The notes under the pieces are model-generated. The model was not told the origin of the DNA and made no database searches. It saw only the letters and a list, made by a program, of their open reading frames with translations. Positions 1-13,399 of a DNA stretch of 64,000 nt are shown piece after piece (the stretch's first letter is position 1; each line of letters starts with the position of its first letter). Location of the stretch: the NCBI RefSeq assembly GCF_001194135.2, contig NC_069005.1:389654-453653 (forward strand). The letters are read 5' to 3'. A program made the position numbers and the translations under genes. This DNA comes from Octopus bimaculoides (lineage: Eukaryota).

Positions 1-789
1 TTTAGTTATGTCCCTTTGTGTTTCCAAGTTCAAATCTTGCCAATGTCAACTGCTTTTGTCCCCAAAGAGAGGGAAACAAAAATGCCAGTCAAGTCCAAAA
101 TTCCTGGCCTTAAGTGAAGGGCTAGGTGCTGCCCTCTAGGTGAACAAGAGCAACAACACTCAATGGCTTACATTAAATACACTTTTTTAAGAAGGAGAAA
201 AAGTGGAAGAGAACACTTGCAATGCCATGGACAAGATGAAATCTAGGCCTTTGTATGCGGTTTCCTCCAAACGAGCTTAGATCGTCTTATCCCTCTATTT
301 GGAGAACTTATTGAAATTTTTGTTTTTGGTGACTTATTTTCAAGCTTTTGGACCCAAATTAAAACAAATTACTATGCTGTGGACTGGCCAATGAAAGACT
401 CGACTAAATGCCTTACTGTAAATATAGTTAGGGTTTTCTGTATTCCCGGTTCAAATTCTGCTGGAATTCATAAGACAAGGATGCACTGGAATGGATTAAA
501 TTTGACAGGTTTCTCTCTCTCGTCAAATTTCTAGCCTTGTATCGATTATCCCTTAATATCTGTATTCCATGCTAGAATAGGGGACTGTTTGATAGGGGCT
601 AATGAGCCAGGGGACTACACCAACCCCTAATGTCTGCTTTAGCACAATTTCTACAGCTGGATGCCCTTTCTAAAACCAATCTCTTTACTGTGGCAGCACT
701 TGTGTGGTTACGAGGGTAACTTGCAAGACGAGACCCCTCAACTGAGGTGGGTGTGGTATAGATGGTGGTCACTTTATGCCAAGTGACGA

Positions 790-1130
790 AAAGCTAAAGT
801 GTGAGGGAAACAAACAGGTGGCGTGCTGTAGGGGGAGATATGTGGCTATCCAGTTGGAAGAGAAGGAGTGGTGGAGATGTGTCAGGGTGTAGCCTCAAGT
901 TACAGGAAGGTGAGTATAAGAGAAGGGATCCAGAGGATTGGACAAGGTGAGTGGGTAGGTAAGTAAATTTGCCAGAGTGTATGAGGAGAGTGGCAGGTGG
1001 ACAGAGATGGAAGAAATTAGTAAGGCAGTGGAGTGGCAGCAAAGTAATATGGCTGATGATAGTTTAGTTTCTGCCACAGTTCCAGTTATGTTAGGAAAGG
1101 TGAGAAAATAATCAGCACTGATTGATATCA
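790..1130 (-). mobile_element. Highly degraded CR1/L2-like LINE 3' end
   Basis: Fragments CHSTAL, HSGKFTYLP and SCNL weakly echo the CR1-type ORF2 C-terminus. Confidence 0.25.
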
Positions 1131-1829
1131 TTTATCACTAACACACCTGCAGTTCTCTGTGCAGCAGGAACAATAATGCACCATCCTGATCTGTAAGGTA
1201 TCCCAACAGATAAACTACTTCCCAGTTAGATTAACTCAAATACTGTAGCCAAGGTGTTCCATATCTATTTTAAAACATCATCTTAATTAGAATATTTAGG
1301 TGAGATTCGTTTTAGCGAATGGTTTGTTTACTCCAAGATCAGTTTTGATCCTGCAGACTAAAGATCAAAGATATTCCAGTCTTGATGATGAGTCTGTCTG
1401 TTATTAGCGTAAAGTGTGTTCTTCCTTTAAGATGATAGTGTGTGATTTGAGAGAGGTTTGACTATTTGTAGTCAAACAAACTAGCACTCAGTCGATTATG
1501 ACAGCAATGAGGGTTCCAGTTGATCCGACCAACAGAACAGCCTGCTTGTGAGATTAATATGCAAGTGGCTGAGCGCTCCACAGACACGCATGCCCTTAAT
1601 ATAGTTCTCAAAGAGAATCAGCATAATACAGAATGTGACAAGGCTTGCCCTTTAAATTACAGGTATATTTTTTTTTTTTTGCCAGCTGAAGGGACTCTGA
1701 AACCACTGCTACACGACCTCCTTTCTTGCTCACCAAAGAATCTGCTTCTTCACCAAGTGTATCAACTTGCTTTGCTGTTTTGTCTCAAGTCTTAACTACA
1801 ATGCTATCAACTCTTCATGTGAATATGAA

Positions 1830-2090
1830 ATAAGTGTAAGCTATGGACGCCTAAGAGATACAGGGGAATCATGGGTAGGCTGTCAGATAAGGTCATTTTC
1901 ATGTATGGCAGATGCACAGGAACAGTAAGTATGAAGAGCACAAGGGACTTAAACTCTCTTGAGGTAGTAGATAGTCTCTGCTGTTTAGGTGACCAAATTA
2001 GTAAAGGGGGTGGATGCTCTGAAAGTATTGTTTCTAGAATAAGAATAGAATGGAGGAAGTTCAGAGTACTCCCACCCCTGTTGGCAACAG
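1830..2090 (+). mobile_element. RTE/RTEX-type LINE reverse transcriptase fragment
   Basis: Translation LEVVDSLCCLGDQISKGGGCSESIVSRIRIEWRKFRVLPPLLA resembles the post-RT thumb region of RTE-clade LINEs. Confidence 0.65.
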
Positions 2091-3152
2091 GGGTTTCTTT
2101 TTTGGTTTTTGTAATAAAAAAAAACATCTGCAATGGGTGATTGTGTGAATGCACACACATGCACATATGCACACACACACACACACATATATACAAACAA
2201 AAAATTTGTTCACTCTTCTTACAAAAAAAAAACGAATGCAAGTTTTTTCTTTTAAACATGAAAACTGAAGTTTCATATAAATTTAATTCATTAGCGACTA
2301 TTTCCATAATTGAATTAAATTGTTTCATTTGACATTTACAGAGGTCACAACACTGCATTCAGTTGGTTTCATGTTGCTACTCACCATTTAAGTTTGCTCT
2401 CTCTTCCTTACCTATTTTCAGTTACAGATGGTATCAGCCACTCCTAAACATTCCGATATTTTACAAGAGTTTCTACCTAACCCTAACCCACAGCCAATGC
2501 CTTTAAATTGAAAGCAATTCAGCTGAATTTCAAATTACTTTTGCATTTCTTTGAATCCGTCTACTCCAAGAACCAGACTGACAATACTATTCCCAGACTC
2601 AACTAACCCCAAACTACTTTGTTGAAGAAAAGTTGAGTCTGCGAGAACAAGCACAGATTGAAAATCTGCTACACAGCACCAAATCCACTGCACATTTCCA
2701 ATTTCTCATTGTGTTCTACTGAATATCACCCCCCCCCCCCCATATTTAGTATGCAGTGGAAGTATCCAAGCTTTCTCCACAACTTCCCAATCCAGTGTGT
2801 TATGGAATGACCTTTCAACAGAAAGCAAATAACAATACCAGCACCCATCGCTCAACAATTACAAGGTGATGGAGTGAGAGAGAGCAAATGTACATAAACA
2901 TCTTTTATATATACATATATATATATATATAAATATGCACACACACGCATGCAAAAAGACTTCTATTCGTTTCTCAATTCAAGGCTACTGAAGACTTGTA
3001 TCCAGGGTGCTACACTGTAGGACTCAACAATGTGATTGGGAAGGCAACACAGAACTGCCAAATATTTAAATAGACTAGATTTGATCTGCTCAGTAAAGCA
3101 ACTCAATCAATAACTAGAATTTGGAACCAATAAATTTATTGAAGATACTTAC

Positions 3153-3184
3153 AGTTCCTCACGCTGTCTTTGGGAGAGTACCAT
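3153..3184 (-). CDS. PAFAH1B1: First coding exon (coding part) of Lissencephaly-1 / PAFAH1B1; remainder of gene expected left of the window
   Basis: Minus strand reads ATG GTA CTC TCC CAA AGA CAG CGT GAG GAA CT|GTAAGT = MVLSQRQREEL, matching the conserved LIS1 N-terminus (human MVLSQRQRDEL). It has 32 coding nt and a phase-2 donor. No second coding exon (NRAIADYL-like) recognised in 1-3152. Confidence 0.9.
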
Positions 3185-3374
3185 GGTGTCGAAACAGTCA
3201 GCAAGATACACACCACTCGCAACTTTTCAATGCAAAAAAGCTTATCGCTCGTGTATGGAGTGTGTTTCAATTACAAGACGGAGAGAGGAGGGGGGGCTTG
3301 TTGACTTAGTTTAGCTTTAATCCAAATAACATCCAAAACTTAACACTTTTGGTTAGGCCACATTCTCACGAAAT
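3185..3374 (-). other. PAFAH1B1: 5'UTR part of the LIS1 first coding exon (190 nt), preceded by a strong splice acceptor
   Basis: Minus strand TTCTTTTTCTATTTTATTTCAG| acceptor (AG at 3376-3375). This implies a further non-coding exon upstream (higher coordinate). Confidence 0.75.
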
Positions 3375-6300
3375 CTGAAATAAAATAGAAAAAGAATTAA
3401 AAATTTTAAAACAAAATCAAAATTTAAATACTTATGAGAACACGCATATTTCTCAAATATCATCATTGCTTTAGCGTCCACTTTTGCATGCTGACATGGG
3501 TCAGATGGCATTTTTAGCCGTGGATTCTCTGCAGCCAGATGCCCTTCCTCTCACCAGCCTCCACTTGTTCCCAAAGCCAGACAGGTTTTCCACAGCAGAT
3601 TGTAAACAACACTTGTCTACAACTATTACGCAATATCAATAGGAACATACACAGAGGCTTCTTTCAATTTCTGTTGACCAAATCCAGTTAAAGTTTTGAT
3701 TGGCCTAGGGCTGCAGAAAAGATACTTGCCCCTTAGGAAGCAAGCTTCTTATCCAAAAAGCCAAGCCTATGCCCACACATATGAGAATTTATATAAAGTA
3801 AACAAAACAAAATTCAGTAGTAAGCTGTCAGCATGTGTACAGAAATAGGATAAACAAAACAGAGATTTCAAAATGTTGCCAAAATAAATAATTTAAATTA
3901 TCAACAAGATGGTAAAAACTTTTTTAAAATCGTAATTTGTTCAGAAACATTCTAAAAAAGATATTTTCTTCCCAATTCTATGCTTGCTCTCTCTCTCTCT
4001 CTCTCTCACAATTCTTTTACATTTATATTTTTGTTCTCCAAGTTCTCTCCTCTCACATCATCATTCAGTTTTCCCAGATTACTCTTCAAAATAAACTCAA
4101 ATCAAACACAATAACCTTTGGTTTTTCTGCTCTTCAACACCAGACTGCATTCCACACTAAATCAGAATTTTAATACAATTCATCTTTAAAAACTTTTTTA
4201 AAGTACAAATTTATAAAATTGTTACAATTTGAATAAATTAGAAATGAAGGCCGGAAACACAGGAAAGGAAATGGGTTTAAATCCATCCAAGAAAGGAACA
4301 ATAAAAGAGAAATATATGAATAAACTGCAGTCTTGGTGCATTAGTTAGCATCTATTTTGCATTACAGAAATATTGGAACCATTATATGGTAAATTTTAAT
4401 AAATGGAAAGAAAAAATGAAAGAAAGGACACTACAATATCCCAACTCTTGTCATTCTATAATTGCTCAAGTATCTGCTACCAGATTTAGTTTCATGTCAA
4501 AACAAAAACCTTCTATCAGTAAGCAATCATTTGATCTTGTGAATTAGACCGACACTGGGACAACTCCCTCTCACACAAATTGTTATCACAACTTTCAGAG
4601 TTCTATTCTTTTACTCATTTCAGCCATTTGACTGCAGTCATGCTGGAGGACCACCTTAAGGGTTTTTAGTCAAACAAAGAACCCGTAATATAGCAGTTCG
4701 GCAAAATAGACCGATAGAATAAGTACTAGGTCGATTTGTTCGACGGGAAGCAGTGCTCCAGCATGGCAGCAGTCAAATGACTGGACAGGCCCCTTTCAGT
4801 TTCTGTCTACCAAATCCACTCACAAGGCTTTGATCAGTCCGAGGCTATAGTAGAAAAAACTTGTCCAAGATGCCACGCAGTGGGACTGAACCCGGAACCA
4901 TGTGGTTGGGAAGCAAGCTTCTTACCACACAGCCACTACTTTTGTATGGGTGAGTGCTCTTGGTTGCAGTCATTAACTTATGTGGCTCTTGAGAAGGGCA
5001 TAAACACCATATCACTTTCTTTAGAGTATTTGATACAATCAAAAAGAAACCATTATTGTTTTTATTATTGCCTTCAACACAGACTGATGCAAGTTTTTTT
5101 TTTCAAACTGATCTCTCCCTCGCTGACCAAATTAAATCCTTACTGATAACGTAAACAGTTGTAGAGGTGTCACAGGGTCAATTACGTTTACAGACCGGTT
5201 TCAATCCTGGGGAGGAAAAATATTCCACCAACGATCACACGCTAAACTTCTCTAATGGGAAGAAGAAGAAGACGGATACTAAAGTGTCATTAGGAACGTC
5301 AGCCTTCCCGACTTTCTTCCTCCTGACAGTCTGGAGATTTCGGAATATGGAAGAAATAACAGCTACATTACACAGAAATAATTCACTGAGCACTATACAG
5401 AAATATCTAATACATATATTGACAGAGTTATTAAATTAATGATATCGTTAATAAAACAAAAATCATCTCGTTATTCGTTTACAGAATTAAGATTGTCAAA
5501 GAACTAAAATTCAGCATCGCACATAGAGAGGAAGAGAGAGAGAGAGAAAGAGCGGAAGATAGAGAGTGGGGGGGGCAGACGGAAGCAACAATGACGTTGG
5601 TGACACGTAATGAAGCTTACAGCAAGTTGAAAAACAATTTAAGCGATTGATGCGAGTGGAAATGGTCCCTGACAGAAGGCATCGAGAAGGAAAGCAGAGG
5701 AAGAGAAGAAGATAGAAAACAGGTAGAAGAGATGGAGACAAATGGTTGTCGGAGTGAACAAGAGACGCAGAGAAGTGGAGAGAGAGAGAGAGAGGAAGAA
5801 AGGAGCAATGGACAAAGACAAAAAATGGTAAAAGAGAGAAAGAATTTTTTTTAAATATTGATGGAATAAAAGACTATTCGAGAAAAACATGGTGTTGTTT
5901 GGAAGAAGAGTGAGAGATTATTAAGATCGGCAGAGATTGAGTCGAAGACAGCAAAACAAAATATATATTCGGTGAGAAACATTATCAAGAGCGAGTCGAG
6001 ACGATGATATTAGACCATTATTAAACATTTTGTGTGAAAAATGTATAATTGCCAACGTTGGGAAAACTGTGTGTATATAGGTGTGTGTGTAATATACATA
6101 TAGACACGACTGATAATATAGCTATATACACAGAGGCGGCCACATTAAATGATGATTCATCGAAATAACTCGGTTGTTTTTGCTTCCATCTGTAAGAAGA
6201 GGTGGATTGGTTTATAATAAATGGTAAGAGAAGGAGAGAGAGAGAGAAACGGAGAATTGATATAAACAGAATGTTCACGAATGAGTCGACCTGCTAGACA

Positions 6301-6590
6301 TAGCAGCCAAAACCTTTCTACTATCTTAAAAAAAAAAGGATTAAGTTAGGGAGATAAACAATGCTTGGTCTCGTCTAGGTTTACTAGTTCAAGACTTGGG
6401 TGGGGCTTTGCAACAAATGTTGGACCTACATTTAACCAAGTATGTCATGTCACAACAACCAGACGGGGGTGTGTGTGTGTGTGTGTGTGTGTGTGTAAGT
6501 CAAAGACAGAAGACACGACTTCAATAATTTTGTTTCATTTTTTTTTTAGTTGAAACGAGCATTTTTTTAAATCACTGAAGTTTCACACAC

Positions 6591-6646
<56 letters not shown>

Positions 6647-7104
6647 GGTGAGATCTTAAGAAGAAGAAAAAAAACGGATTATATATCTAAGAATATATTA
6701 TTTATGATTTGCAAAGGAAGCAGCTGACATCTGTGTCTCTCGCTTCCTTTTCGTCTGGTTTCAAAACATGAGCACCAAAAAAATAATAACAGTAATAAAA
6801 GGTATTCTATATATGTAGTGATTATGGAATGAGAGGAGAAATCACATTGAAGTCTATTTGTTTTTGTTTTTTTCAGTGCAAAATTTCTCCATTTAAAAAG
6901 GTTTGACTTTGTGTCGCCTCTGACCATCGACATTGAATCGTTTGGTCGAGACGAGAGATAAAACAGGAAGATCTCCCTCAAACCACACCACACACACACA
7001 TACAACATCTTATAAAATAATAAAGGGACCTATTGGACGATGTAGTTGTAGGATGTTTAATGTCTGAAGCCAAGATGGGATGGTCACGGCCTGAACGCCT
7101 GTTC

Positions 7105-7141
<37 letters not shown>

Positions 7142-7229
7142 CGCCATTACGTGTCTGTTTGTCCCTTCTTTGGGCAGAAAAGACGAAGACAGATGCCAGA
7201 AATACTTGGAATAAAGAAATTCTATCAGT

Positions 7230-7450
7230 GTACTCACTTTAAGAAAATAAATAGCCATGGTAGTAAATATGTTGGAAGAGTTAATTAGATAATTGTTAAC
7301 TAATTAAAGTTGGAACAAGACAACTGCCACTGTCACAAACAACGGGTGACGTCAATGAACAGGAAGTCAGTGGCTACGAGCAAGAACGTTGCAAAGCAGC
7401 AGCAGCAGCAGCAGCAACGCTATAGCCCACTCGTAAATGAAGGTGAGTGC
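7230..7450. promoter_or_regulatory. Candidate bidirectional promoter: CRE (TGACGTCA 7347-7354) and ETS-like CAGGAAGT (7360-7367) between outward-facing splice donors
   Basis: Minus donor AAA|GTGAGT (exon end 7238), plus donor AAG|GTGAGT (exon end 7442); locally CpG-retaining sequence. Confidence 0.4.
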
Positions 7451-8217
7451 GGCGGCGGCGAAATGTGGTTGTATAACCCCCAGGTGAGAACTGAAGAAGC
7501 ATGCTTATAATCAATGACATTCCAGCCGTGACCATTCCATCTTTATTTCAAGTAATGTATTTGAGACTATGTTATCTCACTTGGTTAAAGATGACAGGGT
7601 ATGATGAGGGAGATCGGCTACTATTTCTAGCAAATCGAACAACCATGTAGAGGCAGTGTCAATGGTGGGACAGAAAGAGTGAGAGAGAGAATAAATATGT
7701 ACAGCAAATGTTAAGTTTTTAGAGAGAACGAGAAAAGCGAGAAGCAGCAGTTTGTGTCACCTCGTAACTACCGACTTAAAACATCTCCACGTTACACAAC
7801 TTTTGCTTAAGACAAGCAAATATCACTCTTGTGTGTGTGTAGGGAGGCCAAAATTTTATGAAGTTTATTCGACAAGATTTACTTTTAAGTGGTATATCTC
7901 ATTTCGCTGTGTGTATATTTATACCTCACTGTGTATGTGTACGCTCACACATACCAGTCTAACTGTATTTCTCAGAACCAATAACCGTAATTATCGCCGT
8001 ACTTTACCGAGGCACAGATCTACTCCCGTTCAATTTTTCATTAGTTTGAATTCTAGAGTTGTCTTTCTTGATAAGTTTTCGTCAGAACTACACTCACGTT
8101 AGTCACACCTTACACTTCTTAGATAAAACACACACTTCTGGTGAATACACAATTGCGTTTACACACACTTTATACATATATATATATATATACGATATAT
8201 ATATATATATACACACA

Positions 8218-8263
<46 letters not shown>

Positions 8264-9808
8264 GATATAAATATAGTTTTCTATCTTCAGTCGAGTTCCA
8301 GATTATCTTTGCAATTTCGGCTGGTTATATTCGAGAAGGAATTTGATGCTTAGCACCACTCAGTATCTATCGAGAAGGCTTGTGCTCAAAGGCACTCCAG
8401 CCGTAACCATCTCGTCTTTTTATATAATTTGACCTATATTTGTCTTATGTATCATTCATAAAAGACAACAGGTGTGATCTGAGGGGAGTTGGTTGCTAAT
8501 TCTATCAGGTCGAGCGACTACGTAGAAGCTCCCTACTTAAGTCATTTACGNNNNNNNNNNNNNNNNNNNNNNNNNNNNNNNNNNNNNNNNNNNNNNNNNN
8601 NNNNNNNNNNNNNNNNNNNNNNNNNNNNNNNNNNNNNNNNNNNNNNNNNNNNNNNNNNNNNNNNNNNNNNNNNNNNNNNNNNNNNNNNNNNNNNNNNNNN
8701 NNNNNNNNNNNNNNNNNNNNNNNNNNNNNNNNNNNNNNCTGTTGGTTGTTAGGAGAATCAGTCACCGAGAAGCAAACGTTTTGTGAATTGTTGATCATAA
8801 GGCGTTGTCAGGTTTTGTAATACTACTACTACTACTACTACGCCATTTGTGCTTGCCAAGGAGAGGCCGAGGGCTCGGTCGAAGTTGTTCAACTTCTTTA
8901 TACATTTCAAATGAAAAAAAAAAACATGGTATTTAGTAGTGATTGGCTTAAAACCATTGTTATATGTGCAGGGACAACACAAGGACGGGGTCACAAGCCT
9001 AGGACCCACTCGAAAAAAACAGTACGATTTTTGATTCTATTTTTTATCGTCATCTAACTTTAAACGTGGGTTTAATGACGTTTAAGGGAGTCACGATCAA
9101 GAATTCAAAGGGAACACTAATTAGGTCAAACCTTCCAATGTACTTTTACAAAAAAAAAAAAGCCTATTAGGTGTTTGGTCTCGAGAAAAATAAAGACGAT
9201 TGTTTAGATTGAATCAGTCAGTCAATTACAAGGGGGTGAAAAATTATTTTTTTCCAAATATCTACGAATATGGTGGCACTTCCTGAACTGGAGAAAGATT
9301 GAATAGGTTGGCTAACTTCTATATATATTACATACTACACCACAGATAGTGTTTTCTTGGGGTCTCGTTGCAGCAAAGGTTGCAAATGGTGGAATTGTGG
9401 TGGAATTTTTGACCAAAACGTTCGTGAAAAATGTTCCACTTTTTGTTTTTGTTCTTTTGTTCTTCACCAAATTCTGGCAGATTTTATTCTTTCCTGGGAC
9501 AAATAGAGCAGTCACAGTAGGGACCAGCACAGAAATGGTATCCTTGTGTGTAGATTGATTTCTTCACGAGAACCGCCTATTCATTGCTAAGGGCCCTAGG
9601 CTCTAGTTTTCTTGAAATTCCAAATAAAGTATTAAAATAAAAATAAAAAAATTCATGTCAGCTTCTTCATTTCTGTAGGAAGCTTTCAGAAACCAAACTA
9701 GGGCGATTGCACTAAAGTGAAGAAGTCTCAAAGGGTTTTTTTTTTTTTTTGACGTATGTGATGAGAGGTGATCTTGGAAATAAAGAAATTCCTATTGTTG
9801 TCTTCGGT

Positions 9809-9950
9809 AATCCTTCGGTATTAATACACGAATCAACCACACAACCTTCCCTCATGACACAGATGATAAAAAAAAATGCTAAGCTGAAAAAGTGAATGAA
9901 TGACGTCGTCTTTTCATACCAACGTTCTGAAGACCAATACCGAAGGATCG
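9809..9950. mobile_element. ~140 bp MITE, copy 1
   Basis: Terminal inverted repeats ATCCTTCGGTATT / AATACCGAAGGAT; internal GAATGACGTCGTC shared with the other copies. Confidence 0.7.
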
Positions 9951-12900
9951 CCGTTATCGACATAAACATATCATCTGTGTGGTTATTCGAACCCTCATAC
10001 ATCGTCTAACGACGGGAGAGTCCATCTTATATATATTATATACAACTCTTTTTTCTTCCTCCTCCTCCTCCAACTGGAGTGTCCTTGTACCTCTTCTTCA
10101 GCAAGACACCCAGCTCCACCTCCCTATTATTCTTTTAACCTCTCGTCAACTGGCACAAAGGCATCTCTCTCAACACTACTCCTCCCCATCGAAAAGACTT
10201 TCTCTTGCAAATTGCTTGCTGACCCCGCTGGAGCTACGACAAAAAAGCACCCAGTACACACTGGAAAGTGGTCGGCGTTAGAAAGGGCATCTGGCTGTAG
10301 AAACCACGCCAAGGCAGACAATTGAGCTTGACATGGCCTTCTGACTTGCCAGCCTCTGGTCAAACCATCCCACCCATGCCAGAATAGAAAACAGACGTTA
10401 AATGATGATTTATGTGTGTGCGTGTTTGTATACAGTAATCCCTCGACTATCGTGGGTGTTACATTCCAAAAAACCCTGGAATAGGTGAGAATCCACAAAG
10501 GAGAAACAGTACTGTACTGTATATTTTTTCTATTATTTATATAATTTATATACATTTATTTTATTATAAATGCAAAACACCACCACAGAAGAATCAACAT
10601 AAGCTTAAATAATAAACCGCGATACGACGAGGGATTACTTTATATATTGTAGATGTACAATCTGAGACGTGATGTTAAGACATGCGTTTGGTAGAGAGCC
10701 TCGGCTTAACTAGCTTAAATTATGCTGAACTCAATTCGCCAGTCTTTCTTTTGCATGAGTCTAATGTAACAAGCTTATGTTTGTACTTTAATTTGCTTTT
10801 TTACACACACAATTCCTTTGAGACTGACCAAGAACTCAAAACCACAAGACCTAAAGCAAGTACCAATGTTACTGGTTCCATTAATAGCTTAAATGTATTT
10901 TTCAAAGCAATTAGTACCACGCCAATTTGCCCGATATTTCCTCAACCACTTGGCACCAGCAGAGCAGAGCGAGATGTGTACATCCTTGATTCAGCGTTTC
11001 AACCACAAACATAAAACACCTTAGTAGGAAACACATGCAAGAACATCGTTAGTTAATACGGGGCCTCTCTGCATATTGACTACACAGAAACTGACATATA
11101 TATGAGAGGAGGGGCTGTGAGAGCGAATGGTGTTAAGTCATTAATAAATAGTCGAGAGATAGTTTTAAAGCTGCCTGAACACTAATCAGATCTAATTCGT
11201 GCACGATTAATCCTGCTGAACTTCTTCAGTGGTACATTGATGTTTCTACCTGGATTTCGAATCCTATGCTGATGATGATGATGATGATACCACTCTTGTA
11301 TGGAAATGGGTGCAAGAGTTTGAATGCATGAAACGGCAAATACTGGAGCCTATGGTATGGGAAGGATGTGCATGCATTCATGGCTGATCGGATATGCTGA
11401 GTCAAACAGCTGAATGCTTGTGTGTATCTGCACTGTCTATATATGCAGGTCTATTAGACCGTTAAGCACATTTGTATAAGTAGGTGGAGAGAGAGAAAGT
11501 GCTCATATCTCCTTGACTGGGTTTCACGCAATAAGATAGAGTGTTCCCTGTCTATGCAAATGTTTGTATACAAACTGTCCAAAAGTCTGGTACATGTTAC
11601 ATGAACTTCAATTTCGTATTTGGGTTAGAAGCAACTTGATCCTTTCTAGAAAAGGGAGACATCAGACCCAGCAGTATCCTTGAGCATATATGCTCAATTT
11701 TAATCACTGACTCTTGAACAAAACAAAAACACTAGGGATAGGAGAGTAAAGAGATTTTGTGATGTTCATGCCTTTCTGAGTGTTAAGTGAATTTATATCA
11801 AGGGTGAATAAAACCCACACCCACTAACCCTAGCTAAACAAGATTATACCAACTGGACTATGATGCTCACTATTTTATTATTCTAGCAATATAGTCTTCC
11901 ATTTTAGCCATGAAAAAACAAGGCCATTAAACACAAGTGCTTTTCATACAAGAATTGCGAATGGAACTAAAACTGGATTCAACTTTAAATTGAATTTTCC
12001 AAATGAAATCTACCTCACTCAATATCAAAGCGTGTATTTCTGTCAAGATCGAGACAACGCCAATTTCACTTCACTTCCCCATTAATGCACCCAAGCCAAC
12101 ATTCAATTTGTTTCTTTTGTACTGGTTTTAAAACAAAAACAAAAAGAAAACTATAAGCTCAACATTATGTTGATGGTAGAAGAGACATTGCATCTGGTTA
12201 CATTATTTGGTTTTGTCTATCTTGGTTCAAAAATCGTGTCAATGTTAAGTTTGTCTTTCATCCATGGAGAGTCTCAATTTTATTACTCTTCTAAGCGGGG
12301 GAAAAAAAAAAAGACTCAAGTGAAATAAATAAATTTTAAATAAAACCTTTAAAAGAACAGAAGCGAGCTGTGCATGACCACATTACCGACTGAAAGAAAA
12401 AGATATATAACAATTACGTTAATAGATTTCTCGTCATTTAAAATTGTTATTTTCCTGTCTGACTTAAGGTTTCATGTGTGAACATCTTAGAAAGGGAAAA
12501 ATCTAAACCACAAAGTGCCAGAGAAATCACTAATTATCTGATGACAGAGAGACAGAAAAGAAAGGGTAGGTAGGGAGGAGTGCTCGGACAAAATATCATC
12601 AGTAGCAGACATGGTGCTGTGGTTTAAGAAATTTGGTTCTCAAACATGTGGTTTCAAGTTCAGTCCTACCGTGTGGTACCTAGCACAAGTGTCTTCTACT
12701 ATAACCCCAGGCCAACCAAAACTATGGGCAGATAGAAACTGAAAGAAGCCCATCATATGTGGATATTAAATGAGGATGAAATTGACTATATATAGGAGTT
12801 TTCTACAGATTAAATGTAAAAAGGGCTAAGGTCTAATATGTAATACAAGGAGTAAAAAAAAAAAACGATTTAGATTATCCAGGCAATCAGTGGACAAAAA

Positions 12901-13399
12901 CTCATTAGCTTTAAAAAAAAAAAAATCCACTTCAATCTTCATTGCCTATCTGGTCCAAGAATAGACAATCAATAGATTTTAAACACCCACTTCAAGGAAG
13001 TTTTTGTCTCTTAATTGCTTGGATAGCCTTGACTGATTGAAATTTTTTGTTTTTTGTAATATCATTTATGGTCATTTTGAATTGTTAACTAGGGGGGGGG
13101 AGTATGGGGCCTGAGCAGCAGTATTCCAGAGGGATGGCACTTTGAAGTGGAAGAACTGAGAAAGTCTGGCTAAGAGGAAGAGAGGCTGGTTTCAAACTGA
13201 GCAGGAGGTTTAGTCAGCAAATTCAAAGGCAATTGTAATAACATCAGAGGATTAAAGCAGATTAAGAATGAACAAGTGATTGAAACATGCTTGAATGAGG
13301 TGGTTGTAGTGTAGCCCCAGGCCAAACAGGATCAAGCCATCCTATGGCATGCAGACACATAGTTTGACAGTTACTGGACCGTTTTCTCAGTGATACCCA

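Noticed and set aside
2375-2430. AAATG|GTGAGT minus donor as a possible LIS1 second coding exon
   Set aside because: The upstream translation does not resemble NRAIADYL...; the exon was not found in the window.
9312-9570. Short ORFs on both strands, including a Cys-rich YHFCAGPYCDCSICPRKE on minus
   Set aside because: No recognisable family, weak splice context, and no partner exons found.
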